Shown here: positions 12,660 through 25,835 of the stretch, piece by piece
Numbering within the stretch: position 1 is the stretch's first letter
Layout: each line of letters opens with the position of its first letter
From: Octopus bimaculoides
Taxonomy: Eukaryota
DNA: 64,000 nucleotides
Assembly: GCF_001194135.2 (NCBI RefSeq)
Contig: NC_068988.1
Span: 53,120,704-53,184,703 of the forward strand
Direction: 5' to 3'
Made by a program: the position numbers and the translations under genes
The notes under the pieces: generated by a model
What the model saw: the letters and a program-made list of their open reading frames with translations, nothing else
Databases searched by the model: none
Told to the model about the DNA's origin: nothing

Positions 12660-13501
12660 GTTTAAGATATCTAAAACTAAGATGGAGGGCTGCTCCTTTT
12701 ATGGTCCCTCATGTAGATCTAAGCTGATTTAGTCTGGTCAATCTTAGTGTGAGATAAATGAGTCAGCATCTATTACTTAAATTGCTAATATTACTCGGCA
12801 GTTGGAGGTCTTTCGGTGGCAGAAGAAATGTCATCTTAATTGCTACTTTTTGCTTTCAAGTTCACACAGAATTTGTCCTTTCTAGTTAAGTAGCGATTGA
12901 AAAGAGTCCTTAGTCGCTACTGTTGCATATACCCCTCCCTCTATTCACACACATGCATTTAAAGATACACACACACAATCACAAATACTAATGCACAGAT
13001 ATACACACGTGTATGCACACACGCACATGCATGCGTACTCAATTTAAAAAGGTGTTTTAAGTTCATGAGAAAATTCACGAGAATGCTTTCATTTTTTTTT
13101 AAGTATCACTCATCTTCTTTCCAAAAGTGAGTGTAAGATTGCGTTTATGTATGCATATACATGTACACATATATATACATACACATATACATACACACAT
13201 GCGCACATAATTCACACACACACACAAACACATACACACACGTCTACATTACAATAGCTTGAAGTATGCAGAACAAAAGAAGTTTAAAGATAATGCATGT
13301 AATGATGATGATGATGATGATGGTGATGGTGATGGTGATGATGATGATGCTAATAAATCACAATATTATAAAACAGATGAAAGAGAATAAATAAAGGAAA
13401 TAATAGAAGTAGAAACAATCAAGACTAAGATTGTATCTCACATGTATTGTTGCTTCTATCATCATTTTTTTTTAAAGGCTATTAAAATTAATCACACACT
13501 T

Positions 13502-13533
<32 letters not shown>

Positions 13534-13711
13534 GTCTATAATATGAGTATGTGTTTATATACATTCACACATATATATAGATGTCTATATATGTGTATAT
13601 ATAATGTTTCATTTGGTTTTGAGAAAATTTTATTAGAAGCATTGTGAGAATAAAAACATGTGAGTCAAAGAGTCAACAATGCATATTTTTATTGTTTTTT
13701 TTTTTGAATAG

Positions 13712-13831
13712 TGGAACTTGAAGTAGACGAAGCTATTACACTTGCTGTAGTATGTAAATATTGTGTTAAGAAAAAACTCTTTGGGATGAAAAATTTGAAG
13801 GCTACTTGTAGAACTTGAACCCACATCTTCT
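13712..13831 (+). CDS. Candidate exon of an unidentified gene (only one frame open: xELEVDEAITLAVVCKYCVKKKLFGMKNLKATCRT-stop at 13816-13818)
   Basis: Strong poly-T acceptor ending gaatAG at 13710-13711. Possible donors are gta|GTATGT at 13750 (38-nt exon) or tct|GTAAGC at 13832 (120-nt exon). No homology recognised. Confidence 0.4.
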
Positions 13832-14750
13832 GTAAGCACAACAAATGTGCTACTATTCGACCAAAGCACTCCTTCAAGTTTCTCTATTCATTTTAGAATG
13901 TTTATTCTTACCAGCAAGAATTGCTATGTTGTTGATATCATAAGAATTTCTAAACTTCAAGAGAATGTGAAAATAATTCCTTTTTTGGGGGAACAGTGAA
14001 ACTTGAAGTAGACAAAGCTATAAATTCTTTAAATTACACTCTGCCATCTTAAAAAAAAAAAAAACACAAAAAGGAAAGATGTTGAATATTATAATTCTAA
14101 ATGTGCACTGTGCACTGGGAAGGGAATGAGATGGACACAGCTGGAGTTTGTTCTATTAGTGTTGACCTCAAGCTGAAGAACAACTGGCCACAAGAAATAG
14201 GATGTTTCAGGAGAGAGTCATTAACATATTGTGATTATTTTATGTGATAACTTTTGGGAGTGGGTCTAAAAAGTACGTTGACACACTGACATCTGTTTTT
14301 GATGTGGTTACAGAGTGTGATATAATTACTTAAATTACTATTTAAGATGTTTAAGCCATATGTTAAGCTATATTCAGTCGTTTTATGTCCACTTTTTTCA
14401 TGCTAGCATGGTTAGACAAGGGATTATTTGAGATAGAATTCTATGACCAGATGTTCTTCCAGTCACCTACCCCTGTTTTCAGAGATTTCTTTTTTTATTG
14501 CAGAGGTGTTATTTCACATAACAACATTTCACACACACACACACACACGCACACACGTTTATATGGAATGTCTGCTGGAAGAAGTTCATGTAATGTATTT
14601 CTTTTCTCTTCATAGAGCATTAGTGGTTTGCAAATCAAGAAAGAAATAAGGTCTTAGTGTTTACATACTGTTTCCAGCGCAATACATACATAATGCATGA
14701 GAGTACACACATAAAACAAACAAATCTATACATATATGCATACATACATA

Positions 14751-14992
14751 CATACATACAAACAAAAATACCCTCTTGTTGAGGTTGAAATTCTAATGAA
14801 GGAACCTTGGATCTAGGTTAGAAACCGGTTCTTCCTCTATTGACAAGAAATCTTGAAATAAACTGAATGACATACATACAAACAAAAATATCCTGTTGTT
14901 GATGTTGAAATTCTAATGAAGGAGTCTTGGATCTTGGTTAGAAACTGGTTCTTCCTCTATTGGCATGAAATCTTGAAATAAACTGAATAATG
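14751..14992. repeat. Tandem duplication, 2 x about 120 bp
   Basis: catacatacaaacaaaaata..ttgaaattctaatgaagga..gaaatcttgaaataaactgaat is repeated back to back. Confidence 0.85.
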
Positions 14993-15334
14993 ACACATAC
15001 ATACATATATATACATTTAGGGTTTCCTACATTTTTCACTTACAAGTTTCATGATTCATCCATGAGGTACTGTAGTTTGCTCAAAAACATAGCAGACATT
15101 TATCTAAGGTGTCATGCAACAGAACTGAACCCCCAAACCACAGTTGCAAACTGAACTTCTTAACCACACAGCCATGCCTGTACTTATATATGCTATGCTC
15201 GTGTCTTTACATGCCATTCTTGTATGTATAAGGTTGTAGGAATTTGTATAGTATTTCTGTAATAAAATCTAAGGAATAGGATTAAGGTGAGAAGACGACA
15301 GTAGAGTGCATAATTTTCAAAACTTTTCTTTCAG

Positions 15335-15600
15335 GCTTTCTGTATAACATCTAAAGATTGTTTGCTTGTATATGTATAAATCGTATAGTGATTTTATTGA
15401 ACCTTTATAAAATCAAAGTATAATGTTTATATTTATGAGTGGCATAAACATTTTATTGAAATTTTAATGAATCCCCAAGTGGAGCTGATATTTAAACATA
15501 AATCTTTTTATCTATGAAATATTATTTTATAATTTCATCATTTTCGGTTCTTAAGCTATATATTGAGTTCAAATTTCAAATAAAATCTGCAAAGGTAAAT
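15335..15600 (+). other. Candidate terminal/3'UTR exon of the unidentified gene
   Basis: Acceptor aaacttttctttcAG at 15333-15334, AT-rich non-repetitive sequence downstream, AATAAA at 15579-15584. Confidence 0.25.
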
Positions 15601-17649
15601 TGGTTAAAAAAAAAAAAAAAAGAATATTTACAAGAGATGAAAATATGGAAAATATCTACTTCAAAAATTATTTATTCTGATAATCATGTAATTTTTTTTT
15701 TCACATGAAATATATTTACTTAAAGAGAAAAATCAAGAGAAAGAAAAGAGNNNNNNNNNNNNNNNNNNNNNNNNNNNNNNNNNNNNNNNNNNNNNNNNNN
15801 NNNNNNNNNNNNNNNNNNNNNNNNNNNNNNNNNNNNNNNNNNNNNNNNNNNNNNNNNNNNNNNNNNNNNNNNNNNNNNNNNNNNNNNNNNNNNNNNNNNN
15901 NNNNNNNNNNNNNNNNNNNNNNNNNNNNNNNNNNNNNNNNNNNNNNNNNNNNNNNNNNNNNNNNNNNNNNNNNNNNNNNNNNNNNNNNNNNNNNNNNNNN
16001 NNNNNNNNNNNNNNNNNNNNNNNNNNNNNNNNNNNNNNNNNNNNNNNNNNNNNNNNNNNNNNNNNNNNNNNNNNNNNNNNNNNNNNNNNNNNNNNNNNNN
16101 NNNNNNNNNNNNNNNNNNNTATATATATATATATATATGTATGTATAAATACACACACATACATACATATATTCACAGACCCATATAACTTCATCATTAC
16201 ATCATGATCACTACCATCATCTTTGTAACGCCCACTTGTTCATGCTTCCAATGGTGGGACTTAAATTTAATATCCCTTTTACTGTAGCTATGTTTGGGCA
16301 TCCGTGCTGAAAGGTTTTGTCAGTCATATTAACCCCTGTACACACTTTGAAGTCTTGTAGTTATCTTATTAATCCCTTGCTACAAAACCTCTAAATTAAG
16401 GAGCAGTAATTAAGAGCACCATTTTCTGTGTTGCAAATGTAATGACACACATGCACACATACATATATACAAATGTACATGCATACATGTGCATATACAT
16501 TGTACATACATAGGTGCAGGTATGGCTGTGTGCTAAAAAGTTTGCTTTCCAGCCATGTGGTTCCAGGCTCAGTCTCACGGCGTGGCACCTTGATTTACTG
16601 CAGTAATATATTGGCTCATTGGAATACATCTCACTTCTTCATCTTCATGTAATGATACACTGCAAAATATTTCTTGATGTAGTTTTTGTGTAATCTTCTA
16701 CTAGCACATTGGAGAATTTGAACTCAAAACTACAAGCTAATGAAAGACTTCATAATTATACTCTGTATTCATTGAGATGTTGTTGCTATTCAGCTCTAAT
16801 CAAGCAGTCATGCTGTGACCAAACTGTCTTTTGTTTTCTGGTATCGTGTATGTAGGACCACATTATCCTATGTCTTTCCATTTTAAGATAGTAGGATGTT
16901 GAGGAAGAGCTGGCTGTTATTTCTTGCAGGTTCAAATGACTGTGTAGAACCTCTGTCATTGTGCCTACAAGTGGTACCTGTTTATGAGCAGAAGCAATAA
17001 AGCCAGTAGAAAAAAAAAAATAGTGATTTTGCAATAATCATAAAAAAGCATCAATGATAGGATGTGAACTGTTGTCTCTTTGACTGGCAGGTTGGCAATG
17101 TACACAGTCAGCAGTGGTTCTCTGCAAACATACCTGCTTTCCAAAAGTACCAACATTTCCAAAAACTACCCAGCCATGATAGTTCGGGTAAATTGGATGG
17201 GAGAAGAAACAAAATCCAATGTTCTGAGAAATTAGTTTGTGTGTGTATTCCACAGAGATGACAGATACATTCCATTTTGCACACAGTAAAATATTCCTTG
17301 AACATTAGATAGCTCTATCACCCAAGAAGGAAATAAAAAGATTGCTTGAGAAAATAAATTCTCACATGGCCAATGAGTCTGACAGTATTTCTGCTTGATA
17401 TCTAATGAAATTACAGGACAAATTGTCTCTTAGCTAGACGTTGATCTTCAGACCATATTTCTCAGTATGATGGCTGGAAACTAGCAATAATCTATCAGTG
17501 TGAGACTAGCGAAACTAGATAAATACAAAGATAAAAAATTATAGACAAATATTGCTGACAGCTGTGGTTTTTAAGAATATTGGTATGACTAATCTGCAGT
17601 GATATTATATAGTGTGTTTATATGCGTTCTTGGTCAACTGATAGCCATT

Positions 17650-17875
17650 GTTGATTCAGTAAAATGGTGATTCTGTGAGACATCTTCATGGTCAGTCTGG
17701 CATAATCAATGAATCATAAAGAGGAGATAGATTCCAATGTTTCTTGGAATTCTTCAAAGCATTTGGTAAAGTTAGCCATCAGAAACTATGTCTGAAAGTG
17801 AAGAGGTATGGAATTTGGATAGACTTCATTCTATCAAACAACGGACAAAATGCTATTATTAGAGGACATGTTACC
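17650..17875 (+). mobile_element. CR1-like LINE reverse-transcriptase fragment
   Basis: Reads EFFKAFGKVSHQKLCLKVKRYGIWIDFILSNNGQNAIIRG, resembling the CR1 DFSKAFDKVPH..L..KL..YGI...FLS.R.Q motif. Confidence 0.6.
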
Positions 17876-18245
17876 AAAATGCATTATCTTTTATAGTTTA
17901 AGGCAGGAGTCCCCCACCACCAAGTCATGGACTATTTGGTACCAGACCACACAGAAAGAATAATTATTTAAATTTTATTTCTATTTTATTGACTATTGCA
18001 GTTTGCAGGATGATTTTTACATTATATGTATCTTTTATCTTCAAACTTTTTCAGTCATGTGACTGCAGCCATGCTGGAGCACTACCTTGAAGGGTTTTTG
18101 TCAAACAAATCTACCCTAGGACTTATTTTTTTAAACTGGTACTTATTCTTTCAGTCTCTTTTGCTGTTTGCAAGGACGTAAACACACCAACGCCCATTGT
18201 TAAGCAGTGCTGGGGATCAAAGACAGACACATACATGCATATATA

Positions 18246-19174
18246 TTGGGTTGTTCCATAAATAATGCGGTTTTTTTATACTTCTTTTATTTTGGAAAAT
18301 TAAGATAAACAAAGTTCTTTTTTAATCTAAAATATACTCTCCTTCATTTTCTACAATGCTCTTCCATCTATCTTGTAGACTTGCAAGGCCCCTCTTCCAA
18401 AATTTGCTTGTCTGTGATGAAAAATATTCCTCAAGTACTGTTCTGACCTCGTCTACAGAATTCATTTTTTTTTTCCGTCCAAATGATTTTGAAGACTGCA
18501 GAATAAGTGATAATCAGATAAGGCAATGTCTGGCAAATATGGTGGGTGGAGCATCGTTTCCCATTCAAACTGCTCAAACCTTTGGAATGTCATCCTTGTT
18601 GTATGTGGCCGAGCATTATCCTGATGGAAGAACACCTTTTGTCTTGAAACCAAAGATGGTCATTTTTCTTCTAGCGCTGACTTGAACTACTGGTTGAATG
18701 ACCAAATCCAAGCTTCTCTGCTAGTTCCTCAACAGTTATGATGAGATTTTGTTCCACCAAGGTTTGCAGAATGTCCTCGTTGAGCTATACAGATCTTCCA
18801 GGACGAGGCTCGTCTTCTAAACTGTAGTTTCCGGCTTGGAATTTCTGGAACCACTGTTGACACTAGCTTACACTTATTATCTAATCCCCGTATACTGCAT
18901 TAATATCCCTCACACTTTCCGTTGCGTTGTTGCCTTTATTGAATTCATAAAACAAAATATACTGAATATGCTTCCTTGTCGTTTCTGTTACAGCTTTGAG
19001 AAAATAATTGTTAAAATTAAACTGCACTCTTCAAAACTTACACTAAGAATAAGACCAAGGTAAAATTACTACCTGCTTTTATAACAAGTTGATGCAGGTA
19101 GTTTATCCCATACCCACCTCCCACTTTTAGTTCATGCAATTGGAAAAAACCACATTATTTATGGGATGACCCAA
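18246..19174 (-). mobile_element. Internally deleted mariner (Hsmar1/cecropia-like TIRs), 929 bp
   Basis: TA-flanked TIRs ttgggttgttccataaataatgcggtttt / aaaaccacattatttatgggatgacccaa. The N-terminal HTH (ILFYEFNKGNNATES...WFQKFQAGNYSLEDEPRPGR) is joined directly to HQDNARPH...HPPYLPDIALSDYHLF. Confidence 0.9.
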
Positions 19175-20051
19175 TATGTATATACACGACAGGCTTCTTT
19201 CAGTTTCTGTCTACTAAATCCACTCACAAGGCTTTGGTTAGCCTGAGGCTATAATAGAAGATACTTGCCCAAGGTGTCACACAGTGGGACTGAGTGTAGA
19301 ATCATGTGATTGGGAAGAAAGCTTCTTACCATACAACCACCCCTGTGCTTATAATGTATATGTTTTATATATGAAGTAATTAAATTTATATTATGCACTT
19401 TATTGTGTTTTGTTATGTGTGTGATTCTTTGGTCTTTGGAAAAACTGTTTTGCATGGAACCAGTCCATGGTGCAAAAATGTTTGAGAACTCCTGGTCTAA
19501 GGAACCACTATTCACCTTTACATTTTTACTGTGCCTAACTAACATATGTAAATCCATTACTTCTACTTTTAGTCTCTGTTTAATCTTTTGCTCTTAGAAT
19601 AATTCTAAAAGAGTATTCAAGGTTATAAGAAGCCCTCAGTCATGTCATTTTTTGTTTATTTTGATAAAAAAAAAATTAAAAAATTAGCTAATGGAGTTTT
19701 AAAACTGAGACAAATGTCAAACCTTGAGTACAGTCACAAAAGATGAATCAATTTTCACAGCAGTATTTGTATTTTGTATTCCTCTCCTGTTTCGAAAATG
19801 TTTACTAAGCAATATACTTAGAGGTATCCATCCACTCTCCATTCCAGTCTTAGCTGGAAGCTTCACATTATCTGGATCACCAAGAGAGATATAAAAACTG
19901 TATGCAAAGTTACCTACAGAGAATTCTCGTTGAGTGCTCCAGCTTCAGCTAATCAACACTTACAAAGCTATAAAATATATTTTTGATCACTAGATTAATA
20001 TATATATGCATGCATACATATATACATACATACACCCTTTATCTCTCTCTC

Positions 20052-20108
<57 letters not shown>

Positions 20109-20199
20109 ATCTCTCCTCNNNNNNNNNNNNNNNNNNNNNNNNNNNNNNNNNTCTCTAATCTCTCTCTCTCCTCTCTCTCTCTCCTCTCTCCTCCCTCTC

Positions 20200-20258
<59 letters not shown>

Positions 20259-20325
20259 CATATATGGTGCGACAGTCCCTGTCTCTCTCTCTCTCTGTAT
20301 GTATATATATACATGTATGTGTGTG

Positions 20326-20379
<54 letters not shown>

Positions 20380-20444
20380 TATATATATATATATGTATGT
20401 ATATATGTCTATATATATATATATATGTGTATGTATGTGTGTGA

Positions 20445-20731
20445 GCGAGATCGTTGCCAGTGCCCCTGGACTGGCTCTTGTGCGGGTGGCACATAAAATA
20501 CACCATTTTGAGCGTGGCCATTGCCAGTACCGCCTGACTGGCCTTCATGCGGGTGACACGTAAAAGCACCCACTACACATTCTGAGTGGTTGGCGTTAGG
20601 AAGGGCATCCAGCTGTAGAAACTCTGCCAAATCAGATTGGAGGCTGGTGTTGCCATCCGGTTTCACCTGTCCTCAGTCAAATCGTCCAACCCATGCTAGC
20701 ATGGAAAGCAGACGTTAAACGATGATGATGA
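20445..20731 (+). mobile_element. RTE-type 3' tail repeat copy
   Basis: Same sequence as 110-363, ending gacgttaaacgatgatgatg. Confidence 0.75.
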
Positions 20732-21127
20732 TATATTTATACATGTACACATGTATGCACACACACACCACATATGTAACAGTTAAGTTGAGGGTGGTAA
20801 GTCTTGGGTTTACACTTTTGAACAAATGCAAAGAAACTCAGCTTAGTTTGCATTTTCCAATATTCAATAATGGAGGGCTTGGTTCCTTCAAAACCCTTGA
20901 AAAATCATGTTCGAATCGCATAAGGTGTTATAAGTGTATAATCATTTAAATATAAATAGGTTGTTCATAAATCTGCATATAATGATAATATAAATTATAT
21001 ATATGTGTGTGTGTGAGTATGAATGTCTATTTACATACTCCCACACCTGTACCTGTACGTATGTGTGTGTATATATATATATACACACACACACACATAC
21101 ACATATATATATAAATATATATATATA

Positions 21128-21370
21128 TATCATCATCATCATCATCATCGTTTAACGTCCGCTTTCCATGCTTGCATGGGTTGGACGATTTGACTGAGGA
21201 CTGGTGAAAATGGATGGCAACACCAGGCTCCAGTCTAATTTGGCAGAGTTTCTACAGCTGGATGCCCTTCCTAACGCCAACCACTCAGAGAGTGTAGTGG
21301 GTGCTTTTACGTGTCACCCGCACGAAAACGGCCACGCTCGAAATGGTGTCTTTTATGTGCCACCCGCACA
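21128..21370 (-). mobile_element. RTE-type 3' tail repeat copy
   Basis: Reverse complement of the family, beginning with (cat)n. Confidence 0.75.
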
Positions 21371-21550
21371 AGCCAGTACACACATATGTATGTATATGTA
21401 TACACACATACATACATACATATATACACACACACACACACACATATATATATATGTATGCATATATATACACATACATACATACATATATACACACACA
21501 CATATATATATATATACGCAGACATACGTACATATATATGTATGTGTGTG

Positions 21551-21608
<58 letters not shown>

Positions 21609-21745
21609 CATACATATGTACATATATATATATATATATATATACATACATACATATATATACAAATATATATACAAATATATATACATATATATATACA
21701 TACAGAGAGTGAGAGAAGGACTGTCACACCATATATGTACATACA

Positions 21746-21799
<54 letters not shown>

Positions 21800-21895
21800 T
21801 ATGTGTGTATGTGTACATATGCATATCTATATGTGCTTGTATAGTCACACATGTGTATGTGTATGCACACACATACATACACACAAAAAGCAATA

Positions 21896-21936
<41 letters not shown>

Positions 21937-23138
21937 AAATATATAGCTGTCCTCAGAAGATCTAACGTGATTGTTGTGTTTGATCTGGTTCTTTTATCTA
22001 AATCACTGAATATGTTCTATGGCTGTTTAACACATATTGATCTAATGTATTGGTCTCTATTGAACTGCGTCAGGGTGGTGTAAGGGTAATTTAAACTGAT
22101 ACACACACACACACACACACACAACCGTACTTACTAATATATATCTTAACATATGTAACATACACTGACATACTGACATATATTCACACACACTTGTAGT
22201 AATATTTACACATACATATGCACATATACATACATGTATACCTACATCATATATATATATGTGTGTGTGTGTGTGTGTTTACCCATATATCCTCTATCAC
22301 TAGCACTGTCGTACATACACATACACAAATTACCAATACATAAACACACTTCAACACCTATGTTCACAAATATATATGTGTGATTAGTAGTTTATATATA
22401 CTAACACACACAGCATACATTCTCTCTCTCCTTCTCTTTCTCTCCCTCTATCACTTTCTCTCCCTCTCGTACTCTCCCCTCACACATGCACACACATCAC
22501 ATCACATGTGCATACACATCGCATCACAGACACACACCCGCAAATATACTTGCATTCAAATATATTGGAATGCATACACATACCTATACACTACTTAAAA
22601 AAATGCGACTTTTATATGCTATGTCACACACATACATACATATGGACTAACACAAGTATATACTCTGATATAGATATGCACACCTTGGAAAACAACCACA
22701 CGCCCACCTTATATGTGGTGATAAGAATGTGCTTAAAAGCCAAAATGTTATGTGAAATCTATGAGCCATGTTATTCAGTTTGAGAATGGATAGTTGACAA
22801 AGCTTCAGAGGTCTTGTTAGAGATGTGGAATGGTAGAATTGGTGTGCTTTGATCAAAGGACAATATTGATGAGGCCAGAATCTATCGAACTCTTGATACT
22901 CTATGACACTGGTATGTTCTGCAGTCACAAGCAGCATCATGGAAACCAATACTTTTACTAATGTGGTCTATTGATTTTTTTTGATTTTTTTTTAATAAGG
23001 CAACTAAATGCTGTAGTTGCTGTTGTTGTCGTTGTTGTTGTTGCGAGTCTTTCACTGCGTCAGTCAATTTAACATTTAAAACATCCCATAAAATTTGTAC
23101 CTTAATTCAGTTTGGTCTGGGACAAAGTGTCTGACAAA

Positions 23139-23187
<49 letters not shown>

Positions 23188-25439
23188 GCTGGATGCAGGA
23201 ATGGTTGTGTATTTAAGAAGCTCACTTTGGAACCATGTGGTTTGTGGTTCAACCTCACTGTGTGGTACCTTGTTTGTTAGAAACCTATCATGTACACACA
23301 CACACACACACACATTACACTTTGATCTTAGTCAAAAGGCCAAGAAGTGATATATTATCATCATCATCATCATCATTATTTAAAATCTGTTTTCCATGCT
23401 GGCATGGGTTGGATGGTTTGACAGGTGCTGTCAAGCTGGAGAGCTGCACCAGGCTCCAATTGTCTGTTTTGGCATGATTTCTATGGCTGGATGCCTTTCT
23501 GCCACATAAAAGCGCCCGTGTTTTAGAAGCGTTGAGATGTCTTAGAAAGTTAAAGAAGTGATTTTAAATTCTCAAACGCAGGATAATGCTAATAATATAG
23601 CCTGAACAGGATAAGCTACCCCTATATTGCAGAAAAAAGTGTTGGCAGCCAGCTAACATATATATATTTGAGTATGTGTCCATACTTGACAACTGGGGTT
23701 GATTAGTTTGACAAAACACTTCAAAGCAGTGTTCCAGCATGGCCACAGTCCAATGACTGAAACAAGTAAAAGATAAAAGTTAAAGGCAAAAAATAGTATA
23801 AAAGGATGTTTACTAACCAGTGCTGAGCTCTGGTTTCTTGATGTTATATGAACAGAATGGCAGTCTGAGATAGGTGATGTTGTAAGATTATCACCTACCT
23901 GTTCCTGACACCTAAATACTTCCCAAATACTCAGTGAAATCCTTACAGTGTGGTTTTAAGCTCAAAGCCTTTAAGTTTTTATGATATGCATTCAGTCACT
24001 TCATTTCTGCACCAGAGTACATTGCATTGGCATATGACACTTTGTAACTGTTTTGTGATTTAGAGCAGTGTTTTTCATAGACAAGCAGGGATGCTGTAGG
24101 AATTGTAAAGTGAACTGATTAATTGCTATGTTTGATAAAATTGTGATGGCTTCAGACTTTTAAATTTGTCCAAGATCATGGCAAAGAAAGAAGGATTGTA
24201 TGGATGCAAACTCTGTCTTGGCTTTTCATTCATAAAGAGAGGAACAAGAAAAAACAATTTCACTGCTATTATTGTTGTTGTTGTCATTTGGAGAGGGGTG
24301 GTCTAGTATTTGTCACTTTGAAACCACTGGTTTTCAAAGGAGATCTTGTATCTTTAGCAGTTAGTCAAGCCAAGTAAGAGTTGCTTAGCTCCAGTTTTGT
24401 TCTGGTCTTGTGGGCCAAAATTTATAGTGTTCCAGACATGACCTTATTTCACCTTATTTTCAGGCAGCATATCGAAAATGACATTATGTAATATTTCCTT
24501 TACAAAGAAGATGGTATGATTTAAGGGGAATTTGGCTCTTATTTTAAGTAGGTCCATCATCCTTGTAGAAGCTCCCTTGCTGATGCATCTATCTGTATGG
24601 GTGTTAAGTGAGGAAGAATAAATTGAGTAAATTAATGGCTACATAGAAGAGTTGGTTAAGAAACTTGGTCTGATATATACAGAGCAGTCATAACTTCAAG
24701 GTTAACGACACAGTTGGAATGTGAATTCACTGTCTGAGAATCAGGAATCTCTTTTCACTCTTTACATTTCAAGATTTCTTAATTAATCGTGAATTTTAGG
24801 TAATTAGATTTAACTGTGGACACTGTGATAATAAAGATTGGTAAAATAGAATATATTGCTTTCCTGTCTAAATTATGTCTAGTGTGATCACTGCTGTGGA
24901 GCCAAAGCTATGTTCTTAGCATTGGTCACATACAACAGACACTTTCATTTCCCAACTGAAAGCAGATTACATCAATTATAGCATTAATGCTGTTGCAGGG
25001 GATATTAATGTCTCATAATCTCAGTTCTCCTCTTCTCGTAAATTTGTGATTTGTGTGCCTTTTGTAAGACATTACTTTATTTACTCATGTATAGTTTGGA
25101 TCGAAGAAAAAGAAGTCTTTACAATTATCTTTTGTTTTTTGAACCCCTCTGATTTGAAATTTGAAATTATATAGAATTTTCATTTGAATAGAGACAAAAT
25201 AAGCTGTGAGGGTAATTTACTTGACAAGGAATTGTATGGTCATAAGTTCAATTTCTATTATAGCTGTTGTGGCTTTTCTAAGATTCCTATCTTATATTAG
25301 AATAGAATGGCTATTTTGAAAAAGGCTATTCAAATGAGCCAACAAGGGTGCTGCTTAAATGGTTTTTCAACTGGCTAGAAATAACAGTCATATCTTCGTT
25401 GAACAATACCTCACCATCTTAAAAACAAGACAAAAAGCA

Positions 25440-25835
25440 TAGGCACAGGTATGGCTGTGTGGTTAAGAAGCATAGGAGTGGCTATGTAGCTTGCTTACGA
25501 ACCACATGGTTCCGGGTTCAGTCCCACTGCGTGGCACCTTGGGTCTTCTACCATAACCTTGGGATGAGTGGATTTGATAGACAGAAACTGAAAGAAGCCC
25601 GTCATATATATGTATGTGTGTATATATGTTTATGTGTCTGTGTTTGTCCCCCCCCCCAACATCGCTTGACAACCAATGCTGGTGTGTATACGTCCCCATA
25701 ACTTAGCGGTTCAGCAAATGAGATCGATAGAATAAGTACTAGGCTTACAAAGAATAAGTCCTGGGGTCGATTTGCTTGACTAAAGGCAGTGCTCTAGCAT
25801 GGCAACAGTCAAATGACTGAAACAAGTAAAAGAGT
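25440..25835 (+). mobile_element. SINE family A, near full length
   Basis: Head, gaaactgaaagaagcccg, microsatellite, and tail ...gactgaaacaagtaaaagagt. Confidence 0.8.

Noticed and set aside
15400-15520. SECIS-like ATGA...AA...TGA words downstream of the orphan exon
   Set aside because: The stems are too short or mismatched for a SECIS.
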